Virus record (IMG/VR): IMGVR_UViG_3300014202_000536
Source: a virus
Length of the DNA: 64,000 nt
Reading direction: 5' to 3' (one strand)
How positions within the stretch are numbered: position 1 is the stretch's first letter; each line of letters starts with the position of its first letter. Positions 18,884 through 31,382 of the stretch are shown here, in pieces. The notes beneath the pieces are model-generated. The model was not told the origin of the DNA, did no database searches, and saw nothing but the letters and a program-made list of their open reading frames with translations. Position numbers and translations under genes: made by a program.

Positions 18884-20370
18884 TCTCCTCCCTTTCGTTT
18901 ATTGGCCATGATATGCCGTACCGCAATAACACCGAGTTCGCCGAACAACACAGCCGCAAAACCCACAAACAATAATTGCGTATTCTCCGCGTTAAATGTC
19001 GATGCAATAATGTAGCCAAGAAACAAGACTTGTGACCATCGCATTAGTCCTTTTTCTCCTCATCTTCTTGCCATTTGTACGACACCCATGCATGTGGGTT
19101 GTATGTCTCACGTACCATGTATTGTGCGTACCCATTCGCATCTTTGACAACCTCTTTTTCAACAACATACAAAAACCCATACTGATCAGTTTGTACCGCC
19201 AATGGATCTCTCACAATGAACTGATTGCCATTCACCAATGTCACAATTATACAGCCACTCATATTCCCTTTGCTCCTGGCCCGAGTTCATCAGGCCGCTC
19301 TGGATGACCTTTCAACTTGATCCATGGACCAGGCGGATCACCAATACCATCCCATGTGGCTGCTGCCAATACTGCATCCTCATAATGCGCGTAACAATAT
19401 CGATATGCGTATGAATCATATTCAATGTGATTGACTTTAATACCGACACACAGCCCATAAGAATACATGAGATTATAAACACCAATGAGCCGTCCATCTG
19501 GTAACGTACGAAGGTTCATAAATCCCATCGCTGACAATTCATCAAACAACTTTCTTTTGTGATCCATCACGCACCTCTCGTGCATTTGCTTTGATCCATC
19601 CAAGTCTCTTAGAATCTATGATTGCTTGTTGCGGGTTTTCATCCCGCTTCCGTCGATACGTTGCCAACCAATATTCACCGACACTACCTTGTACGTACTT
19701 GTCGCCGACATTACCAAAACGAATCTTTTCCAAGAGCTGATAATGTGTGAGACCATCGATGAACTCTTTCACATCAGCTGTCAATTCCATTGTATGACTC
19801 CTTCTGTTGCGTGGTTAGGATGCGCAACCCCCTTACCGCATTGGTGGCTCCCATAGCTCCGGCGGTGGATCACATGGTGTCATTGCCATCACCTCCCTTT
19901 GGGCTCTCCGTTCATTAAATCTCTTTCTTCAACCGCTTATCTTGCGCAACACTTTCATTGATCCACGTATCCCAAAAATCAGTGCCTTTTACAAGAAAAT
20001 CTTCAGGATGTTTTTCAATCATACCAGTCACCGTCCGACAGATATAAAACAACAAGATGCTATTTCGATCCTCAACCGCCATGCGCCCTTCAATTTGCAA
20101 ATGATTCACGCGCACTCTCATGTCTGTATGCTGCAGTGTCATGACCATCTCGCTCATAAACGCAGCGTTTGCCACGTAGTCGCCAATCTCGTACTTAAAA
20201 TTTGCTATCATGCTTATGATCCTTCCCATATTTTATTGGTAACTTATATGGTCGCTTAATTGAAAAACGCCCAGTGATAATATTCATGCCACAGAATTCA
20301 CAATACACAGTACCAATCCCACACAAATGTGTTGGCGACACTGGACATTGGAAATATCTGGTCTTACTCA

Positions 20371-20847
20371 TCATTGTCCTTTCATTGGCTGAATCACCAC
20401 ATACGGCACTGTCATGTTTTCTTCAACGACCTTCCGTACATCCTTCTCCCAATCGAGTCCTCCATTGCCGCAGCCAACATGTGGCATATAGATCATCTTG
20501 TATTTCCAGAACTTGGCCAACAATGAAACTTGCCGACACGATGTCTCGATCAAACCAAGATCAGCTTTTTCATGCCATTGGTATTTGACAGGAAACATGA
20601 TCAACTGTTTATCCAGCATCTCACGCACAATGTGCTGACGCTGCTTTAAGAGCTTGCCAAACTCAGTGCGTAGAAATGGGTAGCGATCGGCCGCGTCTCG
20701 TGCCAGCCCACGACCCATGACGGCATCACTATGTTTATTGATCGTGCCATTCACTGGAATAATAAACATATTGCCCGCTGAGCGAATTTCGTACACAGCC
20801 CAAAAATCAAGTCGACAGACGTTTGATGGTTTCATTGGTTCACTCAA
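20371..20847 (-). CDS. Macro domain protein (DarG/TARG1-like)
   Basis: PVN..VMGRGLA, FPVK..W, GCGNGGLDW. Confidence 0.85.
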   Translation of the reverse strand: MSEPMKPSNVCRLDFWAVYEIRSAGNMFIIPVNGTINKHSDAVMGRGLARDAADRYPFLRTEFGKLLKQRQHIVREMLDKQLIMFPVKYQWHEKADLGLIETSCRQVSLLAKFWKYKMIYMPHVGCGNGGLDWEKDVRKVVEENMTVPYVVIQPMKGQ

Positions 20848-22130
20848 GATGGGTTTTAGCTTGCTGCCAAATACCTTTCGATGTCACGGTCAATGCAATG
20901 ATCGATGCATTCAACTCTTTCACGGACTTTGTGTTCTCATTGAGTGCGTCTTTCACTTTCGCCAACTCTGCCACGACAGCTCCCATATCACCAAACATTA
21001 GCTACCTCCTTCTGCGACTTTTGGTAATGACACCAACTGTTCCTTGTCAAGATCTGTAAAGAACAGCCCAACAATTTTCATGCCTTCATTCTGCAGCTTC
21101 TGCAGCTTTTTGTTCAGGCGCGAGATATCAATCTTACACATCATGTGATGGTTTGATGGCGGATGCACGAACATCACCTGAACAATTGACAATACCCTCA
21201 TTTCACGTGGCGCTGGAAACTGCACTTCTGCCATACACTTCCTCCTTTCAATTACAACCGAGTTTCATCTTCATCATCATGACTCGCCATCACTAACTGT
21301 TGGACAATATCTTCACGCGGTGTCCGTGTCTTTAAGATTCGAATGTCTGCTGTCGTACATGTCTTCCATCGATTATTTGGCAATTTGATTTCCAGGATTC
21401 CTCCTTCCGGCATCCCATCGATGAGTTGCTTCACCTGCTTCACTGTAATCTTATCACTCATGCGCATAATACGTCGTGCTTGCACTTCACTATATTTTTT
21501 CGAAAGCTTGTCGACCTTCAATGCCTCTGCCGACCGTAACATCTCTTGTTCTTTATTAATCATCTTCAGCAGTCTCACTTTTCGGCGACGTAAAATCGCG
21601 ATCTCTGAAAACACCGTGCGGACGACGTTGACACCACTCACATTCTGTCGTTGTCGTCGTGGTCGTAGACTTGGCGGTACAAACACCATGGTCATGAACA
21701 ACTCATGATACCATATGTAATGTCCAAGCTGCGATCCACCAATCTCATCCCATGGCCAATCTTCATGCACCAACTGCACTGCTGGCCGCGTCGTGATCAC
21801 TGCTGGATCTGGTTCCCACACATACGCGTTCGGATTATCTAGGATGCTTTTTCGTACCATTGACCATCTTCAATTTAAAGCATGCCAATCGCCAATACAC
21901 GCCTTTCCCAATTTGCCACAGCGGTCGCTCATACTCAAAGCGTTCGCCAAATCGCTTGAACGTTGACCATGTGATCCAATACCCGGCATGATTGTGCTTT
22001 GCACGTCGCCACCAAATCCCACCGCCAATGAGCCCAATCGCCCATCGATCATTTTGATACTGAATGACTGGTGGCCATGGCCAGAGGTAGATCCAGCCTT
22101 CGCTCGTGCCGTTATCCCATTCCCACCGCA

Positions 22131-22793
22131 TCATAACAACTCTTGCAACGCTTTCTGCACAGCCAATGCTTGCACATACGCGTCATGGAGTGGATGATGT
22201 TTCATTGGATGGACTTTCGTATTATCGGGATACGACGACTTCCCAAACTTGGTTTCATATAAATGAAAGAGTGTACGTGTATCTCGCATCTGTCGAAACG
22301 GACACAAGTCAAATTTCTTCCCCATGACCTTTGGCCATTTCTCAACGAGATGCACACAGTCATACGTCACACCATGCGACCACATATAGACCGTGCGATC
22401 TTTCGGTGCCGCGGCCATGACCCATCCTTCAAACGTTTCAAACGTCTCTTTAATTGATCGCGCATACATTGATGACATGTACGCTGCCATGATCCGACAG
22501 CGATCATCGGTCCCAAACCACCAATTCACCGTATCTGGCTCCGTCTCCAAGCCATACTCTCGCTGCCCAGCAATTTCAATCGGTAAAAAGAACCGATCAT
22601 TTACCGTTGACACGTTGTACTCTACTGCAAGTGGCGGCGTAATGAGAAATGCACGATCAATCCGAAAGACAATTGCACCCAATGCCAACATCACGCCATT
22701 GCGTGTATCATTACTGAGCGTTTCGATATCGATCATAATATGGATGTCATTTGGATTGTTCATCGTGTTTTTCCTTTGACTGAAAGATCCCAC
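22131..22793 (-). CDS. DEDDh 3'-5' exonuclease
   Basis: IDIETL, WSHG..YD, RDTRT, HHPLHDA. Confidence 0.85.
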   Translation of the reverse strand: MGSFSQRKNTMNNPNDIHIMIDIETLSNDTRNGVMLALGAIVFRIDRAFLITPPLAVEYNVSTVNDRFFLPIEIAGQREYGLETEPDTVNWWFGTDDRCRIMAAYMSSMYARSIKETFETFEGWVMAAAPKDRTVYMWSHGVTYDCVHLVEKWPKVMGKKFDLCPFRQMRDTRTLFHLYETKFGKSSYPDNTKVHPMKHHPLHDAYVQALAVQKALQELL

Positions 22794-23615
22794 CTGCAGT
22801 GTGCATAAGGCCGCTTGCGCCGTTTACCGTCGCGAGATATTTTTTCCTGTTTTCATCCAATTCTTTTTTGAATGCGATAATCTCTTGCTCAATTTCTAGG
22901 ATGCGATGCTGCCGCAGCTTGATTTCCCGTCTCAACTCTCGAATTACTTGATAGTTTCGCCAAAGACCTGCGATCCATACGACAAGTAACACTGCCCATA
23001 CAACGTATATCCATGTTACCATGTCCATCTTACGCCTCTCGTTTTTTCTTCGTCCGATCCACGACTTTCTTGACTTGCTGCATCATTTTCTTGGCTTCTT
23101 CCAATGTCACAAGCGCGCATCTAATATCTGTTGTCAATGGCGACTGTGGATTGACCATCTCAAGTCGCACTGTCTCATGTTCAAGCATGCCTTTCAACTC
23201 ATCTTGCGTAAAGACGTATTCATTGTTCTCTTGTGCTCGCAAAAACTTGACTGCGAGCATTGTCACGATCGCTTCCATCACATTGATTTGCTGCGCTGGT
23301 GTTGCCATTCGCCATCCTTTCATTAATGAAACGTCACACCTTTATACGGATCCTCACCTTCCTTGTTATCATCATCGTCGGTACTTGTCAGCCCATGATA
23401 CGATTCATCTGATTCATCAGCCACGAGCATGACCGTACCCTTGGCCGATACCATAAGAAGTTTAATCGCACTGTCCAACGCCTCTTGCGATTTTGCATCA
23501 GGCTGAAACATGAATGTTTGCCATGCTGATCGAAACATTGTCACTGCAATATGGTTCGGGTATTTGGTCATGAAATCTTTGACAGTTGTATCAATGAGCA
23601 CTGACATTTTCATTG

Positions 23616-23930
23616 TTATGCCTTATCGCACGTTGGCGGCTTTCCAAAATGTTTGTCGAATCGGTCTTCCTGCATGCGTTGGTTCAGTTCAGCGATTTTG
23701 TTTTTGAGCTGGACATCCAAAACGCCACCGGCTTGATCCAACAATGACGTTGCCACGTTAATGACATCGACACATTCTTTAATGATATGGCTCTGATTCC
23801 CTATGCCAACAGCCTCTGCCAATTCACCAATCTCCTCACCAAGCTTCTTCATATGCGCTGCCGGCGTTGGTGGTCGCCCATAGGCTTTGATTGTCTCTAC
23901 GATTTTATGCTGATATTCATCAACGTTCAT
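23616..23930 (-). CDS. MazG-like pyrophosphatase
   Basis: KLGEEIGELAEA..ECVDV. Confidence 0.75.
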   Translation of the reverse strand: MNVDEYQHKIVETIKAYGRPPTPAAHMKKLGEEIGELAEAVGIGNQSHIIKECVDVINVATSLLDQAGGVLDVQLKNKIAELNQRMQEDRFDKHFGKPPTCDKA

Positions 23931-24699
23931 GGTGTCTCCTTTACATGGTTAGTCCACGTTCCATCCCAACTCGTTCTCTTGCTCTTCGTTCTTCATTGAT
24001 TGCCTTGAGTTCCTTTCGACATTGCTGGCAGATTTCTGCGCGTTCTTTCTGATCACACAGCAAGCATTTGATTGGATATGGATAATAACAATGATCAATC
24101 ATCAAACACCTTTGCCATGATCATGTTTGCGCGCTGAATTTTCAAATCAGTGACAATATCATCATCAGTTCGTGGCACGTACGTCTGTGATTTTTCTTCT
24201 TTACGAATCTCCGCTAATTTAAGATCCGTACATTGTGTATCATCAGGTTCGACGATCGCTGCGACAATGGCCGTTGTAATGTTAAACAAAAACTTCCGAT
24301 CAGACAATGACAACGTATTCATTTCTTCCCTCAAAGTGCGCGATGATAATTGAAATAGTTTTGACGCTGGTTTTCCTCACGATCAATCCATTTCACGTTT
24401 ATCAATCCAGAGATCTCGTTCATATGAATCAACTCAATGCGTTTGTAATGCTGATCCAACTTGACGAGTCTGGCATGGACAAACTTTCTGACCTGTAATT
24501 CATCACCCATGACTCACCAACCCTCTCGGTCCTGTACATTGTTTCGTTGCTGCCGAGACCAATTCAATTTCCCATCCATCGGCCACGTTAAAGACCAATG
24601 TCGCTTCCAATCCATCATAGCCAAGTGCTTGGGCCAGTTCCTTTTTTGTGGCACGAACCTTGACAAGTCGATGACTGACATTGCCATCTGAAATGACTC

Positions 24700-25065
24700 T
24701 CATGTTTCCTCCGTCTCATTGAAATACTGTTGTTCAGCCTTTTTCAAAACCTCAATCACGGCTTCTTTTGATGGCGCGACATGATCATTGAAATACAGAA
24801 TCGATACTTCTCTTAAACCGGTACTGCCAGTCGCCACAACACGTACATTATTTTCAACACTGTACTTATACAATTCTTCATTTACTCGTAACCGGAACCG
24901 TAGGCTCTGCCCCATATCCGGTATTGTCGATCGAATAGCACCAAGCATGCAACACCCAGTTTGAACGACTTGATTATTCTCATCATTAAACTCAAAATCA
25001 TACAGCCGGCCCTGAATCCATTTGCGTTGTTGCAGCCATTCACTTGGTCGCATATGGCACCTCAT
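24700..25065 (-). CDS. DUF6197-like phage protein
   Basis: WIQG..CCMLGAI..FND..VIEVL. Confidence 0.5.
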   Translation of the reverse strand: MRCHMRPSEWLQQRKWIQGRLYDFEFNDENNQVVQTGCCMLGAIRSTIPDMGQSLRFRLRVNEELYKYSVENNVRVVATGSTGLREVSILYFNDHVAPSKEAVIEVLKKAEQQYFNETEET

Positions 25066-25358
25066 AATTCTTCAATTGAATGGCAACGACTGGACAACAA
25101 CACCATGGACATAATTGCGTCACGAAAAAGCCACGATTCTTCAAATAGCCTTTGCCAAAGAGTAACTCCTTATCAGACACGTGACCAGTAATTGCACATT
25201 GAATACTTCGCCATTTATGTATCCATGTGCGTTGTGCAATCAGTTGTTGAATGATCTTCGTCCGTAAATGATTTTCTGGCAATGAATAGATATAACCGTC
25301 ATTGGCCGGTGTAAAGATCCATGACACTACTCCTTGTGTCGCTGATTGCTCACTCATA

Positions 25359-25652
25359 CTAAACCTCCTCATTGACAAAGTCAGCGAGTATCTGACCATG
25401 ACATGATTCAGGCGCACAATAGCACCCGAGTCGTTTGCCACCACCAAGCTCCTTCTTCGCTGCATCTCTCAATTGCCACTGTTTCGGTGCATGAAACCAC
25501 TCACGATACTTTTTCACGATCAATTCCCGATCATTGTTAAAGTCCGTCAATCGAAATGGGTTGCCCCACTTACTTGGGCGACCAATGTACACGTCGTACT
25601 CAGTGCCCTTTTTGATATTCACAACCACAGTCATTAACACTGATTTTTTCAT
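25359..25652 (-). CDS. DUF4326 protein
   Basis: YIGRPSKWGNPF, LGCYCAP..CHG. Confidence 0.85.
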   Translation of the reverse strand: MKKSVLMTVVVNIKKGTEYDVYIGRPSKWGNPFRLTDFNNDRELIVKKYREWFHAPKQWQLRDAAKKELGGGKRLGCYCAPESCHGQILADFVNEEV

Positions 25653-26017
25653 AAGTCTTTCTGTGGCATAACGGTGTACGTAATGTCATCACACCACAAT
25701 GACAAAAGATACGCAACACCCGCAGTTTTATGTTCATGGGCTGGTTCAAACGAATGTAACAACATGGAAATGTGGCGAATAATATCGCGCTGCTCAATGG
25801 TTGGATCTTTGATCACGCAACGAATATCTTTCGCACCACGAAAAAACAAGTCATCAACAATGTCGGTCCATTTTCTTGCTGCACCTATTTCCAACCGAAA
25901 TTCATCAGGCAACTCCGTCCATTTTGGCATGTACGTATCAATGATTGTGCCAGACGGCCCAAATGCCACATCCGTGTTTTCAAGTTTTGCTGGTCGTTGC
26001 CACCGCTCATTGTCCAT
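25649..26017 (-). CDS. Conserved phage hypothetical protein
   Basis: SFEPAHEHK.AGVAYLLS.W motif. Confidence 0.6.
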   Translation of the reverse strand: MDNERWQRPAKLENTDVAFGPSGTIIDTYMPKWTELPDEFRLEIGAARKWTDIVDDLFFRGAKDIRCVIKDPTIEQRDIIRHISMLLHSFEPAHEHKTAGVAYLLSLWCDDITYTVMPQKDL

Positions 26018-27378
26018 GATCTAATCCCCTATCAATGGCATCTCTCAATTCTTTCATTTCTCCCTCAAGCATGCGAATCCGATTGCCAGCATCAATGAGA
26101 ATCCACCCAATGACGCCAAAGATCAATATCATTGCAATGATCATTGCACAGCCAGTGCGTTCCAATTCTTTATTTCCCATGTCGTGATCTCCGTTTTACT
26201 GTCTTTTTTCTTTGCGCCTTTTTCAGGTTGGCTCGTCGACGATGATTAATCTTGATCAATTCCAATGCTCTCAAAAAATTGTCAAGATCACTTGATGGCT
26301 TGATCGACAGCATATTAAAGCCATGAATCGGTTCAACTTCCGTTACCGTGCCTATACGATATTTGTATTCAAACATACTTGAAATGAAGCTCATGTCTTG
26401 CACTTGGGAAAGGTCTCTCCATACAGCAATACTATTCGCAAAGAGCCGGCGTCGTTCTTGCCCTGTCACGATTACGACCTCTCAGCTTTATTCGCTGCCA
26501 ATACCGCATCAAGTCGTTTTAAGACAAACGCTTGTGCACGTCGCGTGCCTGCTGTTCGCTGATGCGCGTTGTGATTTCTCCGATCGTATTCCTTTTTCCC
26601 AAGGATGGCTCGTCGTGCTGATGCGGTGCGTGTCGCTTCCAACATGCGTTCTGACATCTTTGCCGTTGACAATGGTACGCGGACTCGTTTCATCGTTCCC
26701 TCCTTTTGTACTTGATTGCGTTGCGGTCTTCCCACCACCATCGCATTGCCATGATCATTGGAACGAGTGATGCAATGCTAATGGCGGCTAATATCCATAA
26801 ATCCAATGTGAGTGCGAACCATGCCACACCCACGGCTACTGCAAACACGAATACGCATAACACGATCATTTTCGTTTCTTCTTTGATCATGCTCAGAATT
26901 TCCTCTTTGCCGTTTCAATTTTCAAGGCACGTTTAAACCGCAATCGTGCTTGCCGTTCTGATGGAACAATATCAGCACCAATTTCCATGAGTGTTGGATG
27001 ATACGTATCAGTACGGCGAATATGTACGTACAATACCTTTCCAAATTGTGCGCGCGAAACTCGTATCATATGTGGCTCATAAAAGGTGGTTGCTGCAATG
27101 CCACACTAACAACGCGAGCTCGTAATCACATTGCCAATGTTCTTTCCCGACATCACAACAACCACCAGGTTTAAGATGCTCTTAATGCCCAAAGAACCAA
27201 CCCAGAGTAGCCAGATAAAAATAATGCGGTTGCACAAAATAGCGCTACTTCAGCCCACTCACGTTTCATTGCATAAAAAATCGCCAAACATACGTGCATT
27301 AAGGGTATTGAGATTATACACAGTTTAAACCACATCATGACAGACATTATATACTTTTCTCTTGACATTTAACATCAA

Positions 27379-27771
27379 TTAATTATTGACGTTAGTTGAT
27401 GTTGGGAGCCACTGCGTCTCTCGCAATGGATCTTGCCCAAGTTGATGTTGCAGATACTTTCGCAAGATCGTACCGCCTTGATACCCAGTGAGAAGTTTCT
27501 CAGGCCGTTTCCCATGTGGGCAGCGTAGCTTTGGCTCATCAACGGTCCCAAACAACCGGCACAACAATGGGCGATGCTCGTAGATACTGCAGGCACCGTC
27601 AACCAGGTATTGACAATGGGCATCCTGATGCCGAAATGGCAATGGCGTAATCAGCGTCTGTTCTGCCACTGTCATTGGCACTGGTCCGCAACAATCCGTG
27701 CAACCTGGAATGCACTCAAACGTTGGGATGCGCGTATACTGGTCTTGTATCATTTGGAGTGGCGTTGTCAT
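27379..27771 (-). CDS. YkgJ-like cysteine-cluster protein
   Basis: CIPGCTDCCGP, C..L..CSIYEHRPLLCRLFG. Confidence 0.8.
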   Translation of the reverse strand: MTTPLQMIQDQYTRIPTFECIPGCTDCCGPVPMTVAEQTLITPLPFRHQDAHCQYLVDGACSIYEHRPLLCRLFGTVDEPKLRCPHGKRPEKLLTGYQGGTILRKYLQHQLGQDPLRETQWLPTSTNVNN

Positions 27772-30090
27772 TGTTCCCTCATGTTACGACGCAGCCCAGT
27801 GAAATAGCCAACGACAAAGCCAACGACAGTGCCAATGACAATGCAGAGTTCTTCCATTATCATGTCACCTCCTATTTCCTACCGACTACGAAAAAGAAAA
27901 TACCCAATGAAGCCAATCATAATGCCAAGGATCACTTGGACAATGATACTTTCCATATCACCTCCTCTTCACTGGTGGCGGATATCGAGCAACGTATTCA
28001 CACAATGTGTCAACCTCATGTGCGGCCAGTATAATCTGTAAGGCATCGACAATGTGTTGGCCTTCGTCTGCCCAGTATGGGTGTGATCGTGTAATGTACA
28101 CGGCATCTTTCACGCACCGCAAATACGCGGCCTCTGGTACTGTCATCTTGCCTTCTCTTGATCGTACAGCCATGAGCAACAACTCGATATACAGTGTCCG
28201 CAGTTCGTCATAACATAATGGCTGTTGAATGCATGCACCATGTGTTTGATTTGGAGCCAATGGTTCTCTCATCATCATGCCACGTAACCGACTGCACAAC
28301 AACTGATTAAACGTAAACAGCGACCCATCGACATGATCATCGGGTCCTCGCATAATCGCACACAAGACCCATAATCCAGTGCCACTGGCTTGTGTACAAA
28401 TTCGATACCATGTATCCATACACAGCTGCTGACTCAGCACATCATACTGGCGGATTTTCTCTTCTGGCGTGACTGCCATTGTTTCGATCATGTTCCTCCT
28501 TTTTCATCAATGACAACCTGTCCATGTGCAAGACTTTGCCATCGTGCGATAATGACCATTGCCGTTTGCAAGCTTAACTTCGGAAACTCTGTCAACCATC
28601 CAGCAGGCGATGGGTCAACGCCAAGAATACAGCTCATGGCAAACCCAACTCCTGCTGCCTTTCGCTGAATATTTTCTTGTAAAATAAAACAGCGTTTCAA
28701 TGACGTGGCTTGAATCAGCGTCCGCGTCTCAATGACATGCTTTACGAAAAAGTCAAACAGCTTGGTCGTTTCGTCAGCCAATAACATTCCACGTGGTGTC
28801 ATGACCATGTGGCACCAGACTGCATTCTTGGCATGTGATTTACATAATCGTCCCAATTTTGCCGATCCAATGCAAATCACAGCATCATATTTCCCAATGC
28901 TCAGCATCGCGTATTCATCCGGCGTAATAATGATAATGTCCATCCCACCTCCTACTGCATGACCGCTGCCATGATCCATAACAAGATCACGATCCATATA
29001 AACGGGCCCATCAATTGCCAATACATCTGCATGTTCATGTCTCCTTTGCTCGTTGCATGGCTTTCTCCAATCGAGCCATACATGCACGATGAAATGCATC
29101 CTCGACCTTATCGAGTGGATCACGCTTATAATCTGTGGTCCCGTAGTCTCGACATTCGATACATTGCATTTCACCGTCATCACCATAAATACTGCCATGC
29201 CCATGTGACATCCACATTTGTCTGCGATATTTGAACTCTGTCGCTACCAATGCTGCTTGCATCACAATCATTTCATCCATGAGCTTGGCATAATCAGACC
29301 ACATGACCAATGATCCAGTCGATGATTCTTCAATGACATTATACCTCCGTACAGTTTGTTTAACGCCCATGTTCATTTCACTTCCTCCAATGCAATGATT
29401 AATGTCCTTGGCGCTTTTGTCGCCGTTGCCGCCGTCGTTTTTTCCATTGATCACTGATCTTTGTTTCTTGCCGTTGTTCCGTATGCAGTACTTGCATGAG
29501 CGCTTTCCACATGGTATCTTCTGGATACACATCGATTGTTTTTGTCAGTTTTGCTTTTGGCATGATCTTCTTTCATGTAACGTTATATGTGCTTAAACGT
29601 TGGCATCTTTCACGCGAATGGCAATGCCAAGTCGGTGATGATGCACGTCTCCTATTTCCGCTGTCATACACCAATCGACCAATGTGACGTCCTCCATCCA
29701 GCTGCTTGTTGACATCCAGCCATGGAGTGTTGCGAGCTGGTGCATGTATGTCACAACATGTACATCCATGCCGCCATCGGTTTGCTCAACGTACAAGAAC
29801 ACTTTCTTGCCCATTGCCACTGCCATTTTCCCCTCAATGATCTCTTTCATCCGCTCTGACATGGTCGATACCGCTGTCACTGTCATCGGCTTTTCCATTG
29901 CCTTCTTCGCTGTCTTCTGTTTCTTCTGTAAGACATTCATGATCTGCTTCCTCCGTATAACAATCTTGACAATACCAACTATCGCACTTATCACAGTAAA
30001 ACATCTCTTTATACTTGAATCTTGCTTCACAGCCACTGCAATATGTCGTTGCTAATGACGATGCCATCCGATCTCCTTTCGTTGACATGA

Positions 30091-31014
30091 TCATTTGACT
30101 TTCTTTTTTCTGAAATGTCGTCTGACAATGCTCGGATCCTCCTTTTCCTCATTGTCGGTTTCAAGTTGACTGTCATTCAACTCCTGTTCATCTTCTGCAA
30201 TGTCCTTGAATATTTCCAATTCCGACTTTCGTTTTTTCTTTTTTTGTGGTTGCACGTCATGTTCATGATCACTGTCATTATCAATATCACTGTCACTATC
30301 ATCTTTTCCCATCATGACGGCAATTTGTGCCTCTGACAAGCCACTGTCTCTGAACTTTTCACGTTTAATTTTTATGGCTTCATGTTTCCATTTTTCCAAT
30401 TTCTTGATCAACAACTTCTTATGGCTTGGTTTGACATTGAGCGCTGTCCGTACCCTCTCAATTTCATCACCAAGCATGATACTACCTTCATCAAGATTCG
30501 CGTACTCTTCCATTGACGGCTCGCCTTTCACTGTGGTATCAGACACGCGCTCCTTCAATGGTATGAACTTTTCCTTATCCCCCTCAAATGCCACTTTAAA
30601 CGCCGTCAGCTGTGAGACAAAATCCATTGATTTTCGATAACCGCCTGATGCATATGCGACCAATTTATTGGCCAAACAAAATTGCAGAATCTTTTTCACA
30701 ATGTACGGTGGCGTATGAATGACGTCTTCAATATGCCGTGGTCGAATGGACTTGGCATTGGCAATATAATCGAGCAATGCCATGATATCGAATTTGTAGA
30801 CCCGTGCCATCAATGCCAGTTTCCTGACATGGTTCACGTTTTCAACATTGCTCGTAAAAATGCCCTCTTTATTGAACGGATACACCGTCATTGTACCTTC
30901 ATGGCCTGTCAGTGGCTGTTCATGTCCTCGAACCTTCAATGTACCCTTTCGTCGTTTCCAATCAATTACCCACTCAATCTTTACTGCAAATGCCGTTTCC
31001 TTCAAAAATTCCAT
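30091..31014 (-). CDS. First gene of left arm; wHTH-containing protein, candidate initiator/regulator
   Basis: IRPRHIEDV..IVKKIL..LV..GGYRKS..F wHTH-like segment; acidic/basic tail; adjacent to junction. Confidence 0.5.
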   Translation of the reverse strand: MEFLKETAFAVKIEWVIDWKRRKGTLKVRGHEQPLTGHEGTMTVYPFNKEGIFTSNVENVNHVRKLALMARVYKFDIMALLDYIANAKSIRPRHIEDVIHTPPYIVKKILQFCLANKLVAYASGGYRKSMDFVSQLTAFKVAFEGDKEKFIPLKERVSDTTVKGEPSMEEYANLDEGSIMLGDEIERVRTALNVKPSHKKLLIKKLEKWKHEAIKIKREKFRDSGLSEAQIAVMMGKDDSDSDIDNDSDHEHDVQPQKKKKRKSELEIFKDIAEDEQELNDSQLETDNEEKEDPSIVRRHFRKKKVK

Positions 31015-31190
31015 GCTCCACCTTTCTCCGTGTAATGATAATTGATAACGTTATGACCACTATTATTTCCCCTCAATTTACCCTTTCTTTGGTATTGTTA
31101 TTATATTATTTTAATATCCTCCCAGTACATATCAAAACATCAATTAATTGTCAATAAATACACATCAATTCTATATAAAATTGATAATAA

Positions 31191-31382
31191 AACATCAACT
31201 TCGTCTATATCCACGTGAAGTTAGATCGCGGGTGAACCAATATCAGTATATATTATATATATATATTATCAATCAATCATCAATCATCCTCATCAATTGG
31301 TACTGCATATACCTGTATATTATACTCCGATATTGGTGGCCGCGCGAAACGACAACACGTAGATATAGACGTAATTGATGTT
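31191..31382. repeat. Long imperfect inverted repeat around an AT-rich core; candidate origin or terminus
   Basis: 31191-31217 vs reverse complement of 31356-31382 match 24/27; inner TCGCG and ACCAATATC blocks also mirrored. Confidence 0.75.

Larger units (their letters stand above)
17704..30094 (-). other. Array of several dozen small co-oriented early/host-takeover ORFs, mostly hypothetical
   Basis: Tightly packed 50-240 aa minus-strand ORFs with SD sites and overlapping stop/start codons. Confidence 0.75.

Noticed and set aside
173..31045. Plus-strand ORFs in the left arm and minus-strand ORFs in the right arm
   Set aside because: Antisense shadows of well-supported genes, lacking SD sites and motifs
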